A stretch of DNA of 63,635 nt, filler included, from Octopus bimaculoides (Eukaryota), in NCBI RefSeq assembly GCF_001194135.2. It is 8 parts of 8 records of this genome, joined end to end, with 100 filler letters (N's around TTAATTAATTAA, not from the genome) between each part and the next. Parts side by side here need not be neighbours in the genome. Positions count along the whole stretch, not along the records: positions 57,004 to 63,635 come from NC_069004.1; 7 more parts are not named here. One strand, given 5' to 3'. The translations under genes and the position numbers were made by a program. The notes beneath the pieces were generated by a model that saw nothing but the letters and a program-made list of their open reading frames with translations, was not told the DNA's origin and searched no databases. Below, piece by piece: positions 63,582 to 63,635 of the stretch; position 1 is the first letter of the stretch; each line of letters opens with the position of its first letter.

Positions 63582-63635
63582 ATACATACATATATATACG
63601 TATACATGCATACATATATATATATGTGTGTGTGT

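Overview
This is repeat-dense, AT-rich eukaryotic DNA with many N gaps. The repeat repertoire suggests a cephalopod, most likely Octopus, but that is an inference. I found no supportable host protein-coding gene, and most ORFs in the track are microsatellite or N-gap artefacts. Seven identical 100-bp spacers (44 N + TTAATTAATTAA + 44 N) show that the window is eight concatenated assembly pieces, so neighbours across a spacer may not be neighbours in the genome. Supported content: many microsatellites; at least three families of tRNA-derived SINEs; decayed DNA transposons (two maT/Tc1-like copies, one mariner, one Tc1-type C-terminal fragment); decayed LINEs (CR1-type, RTE, RTE/BovB-type); three Penelope-like element (PLE) remnants with GIY-YIG endonuclease motifs, one flanked by a ~450-bp inverted repeat; two hammerhead-ribozyme-like motifs; several foldback/MITE-like elements; and a 4.2-kb CpG-rich fold-back satellite. 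The best leads are: (i) a tRNA-like head joined head-to-head to a hammerhead-like tail beside a PLE, possibly a PLE-mobilised SINE-like element; (ii) a minimal hammerhead-like cassette inside the RTE; (iii) a SINE variant found twice at the same nucleotide of another SINE head; and (iv) the fold-back CpG satellite. All alignments were done by eye and boundaries are approximate.
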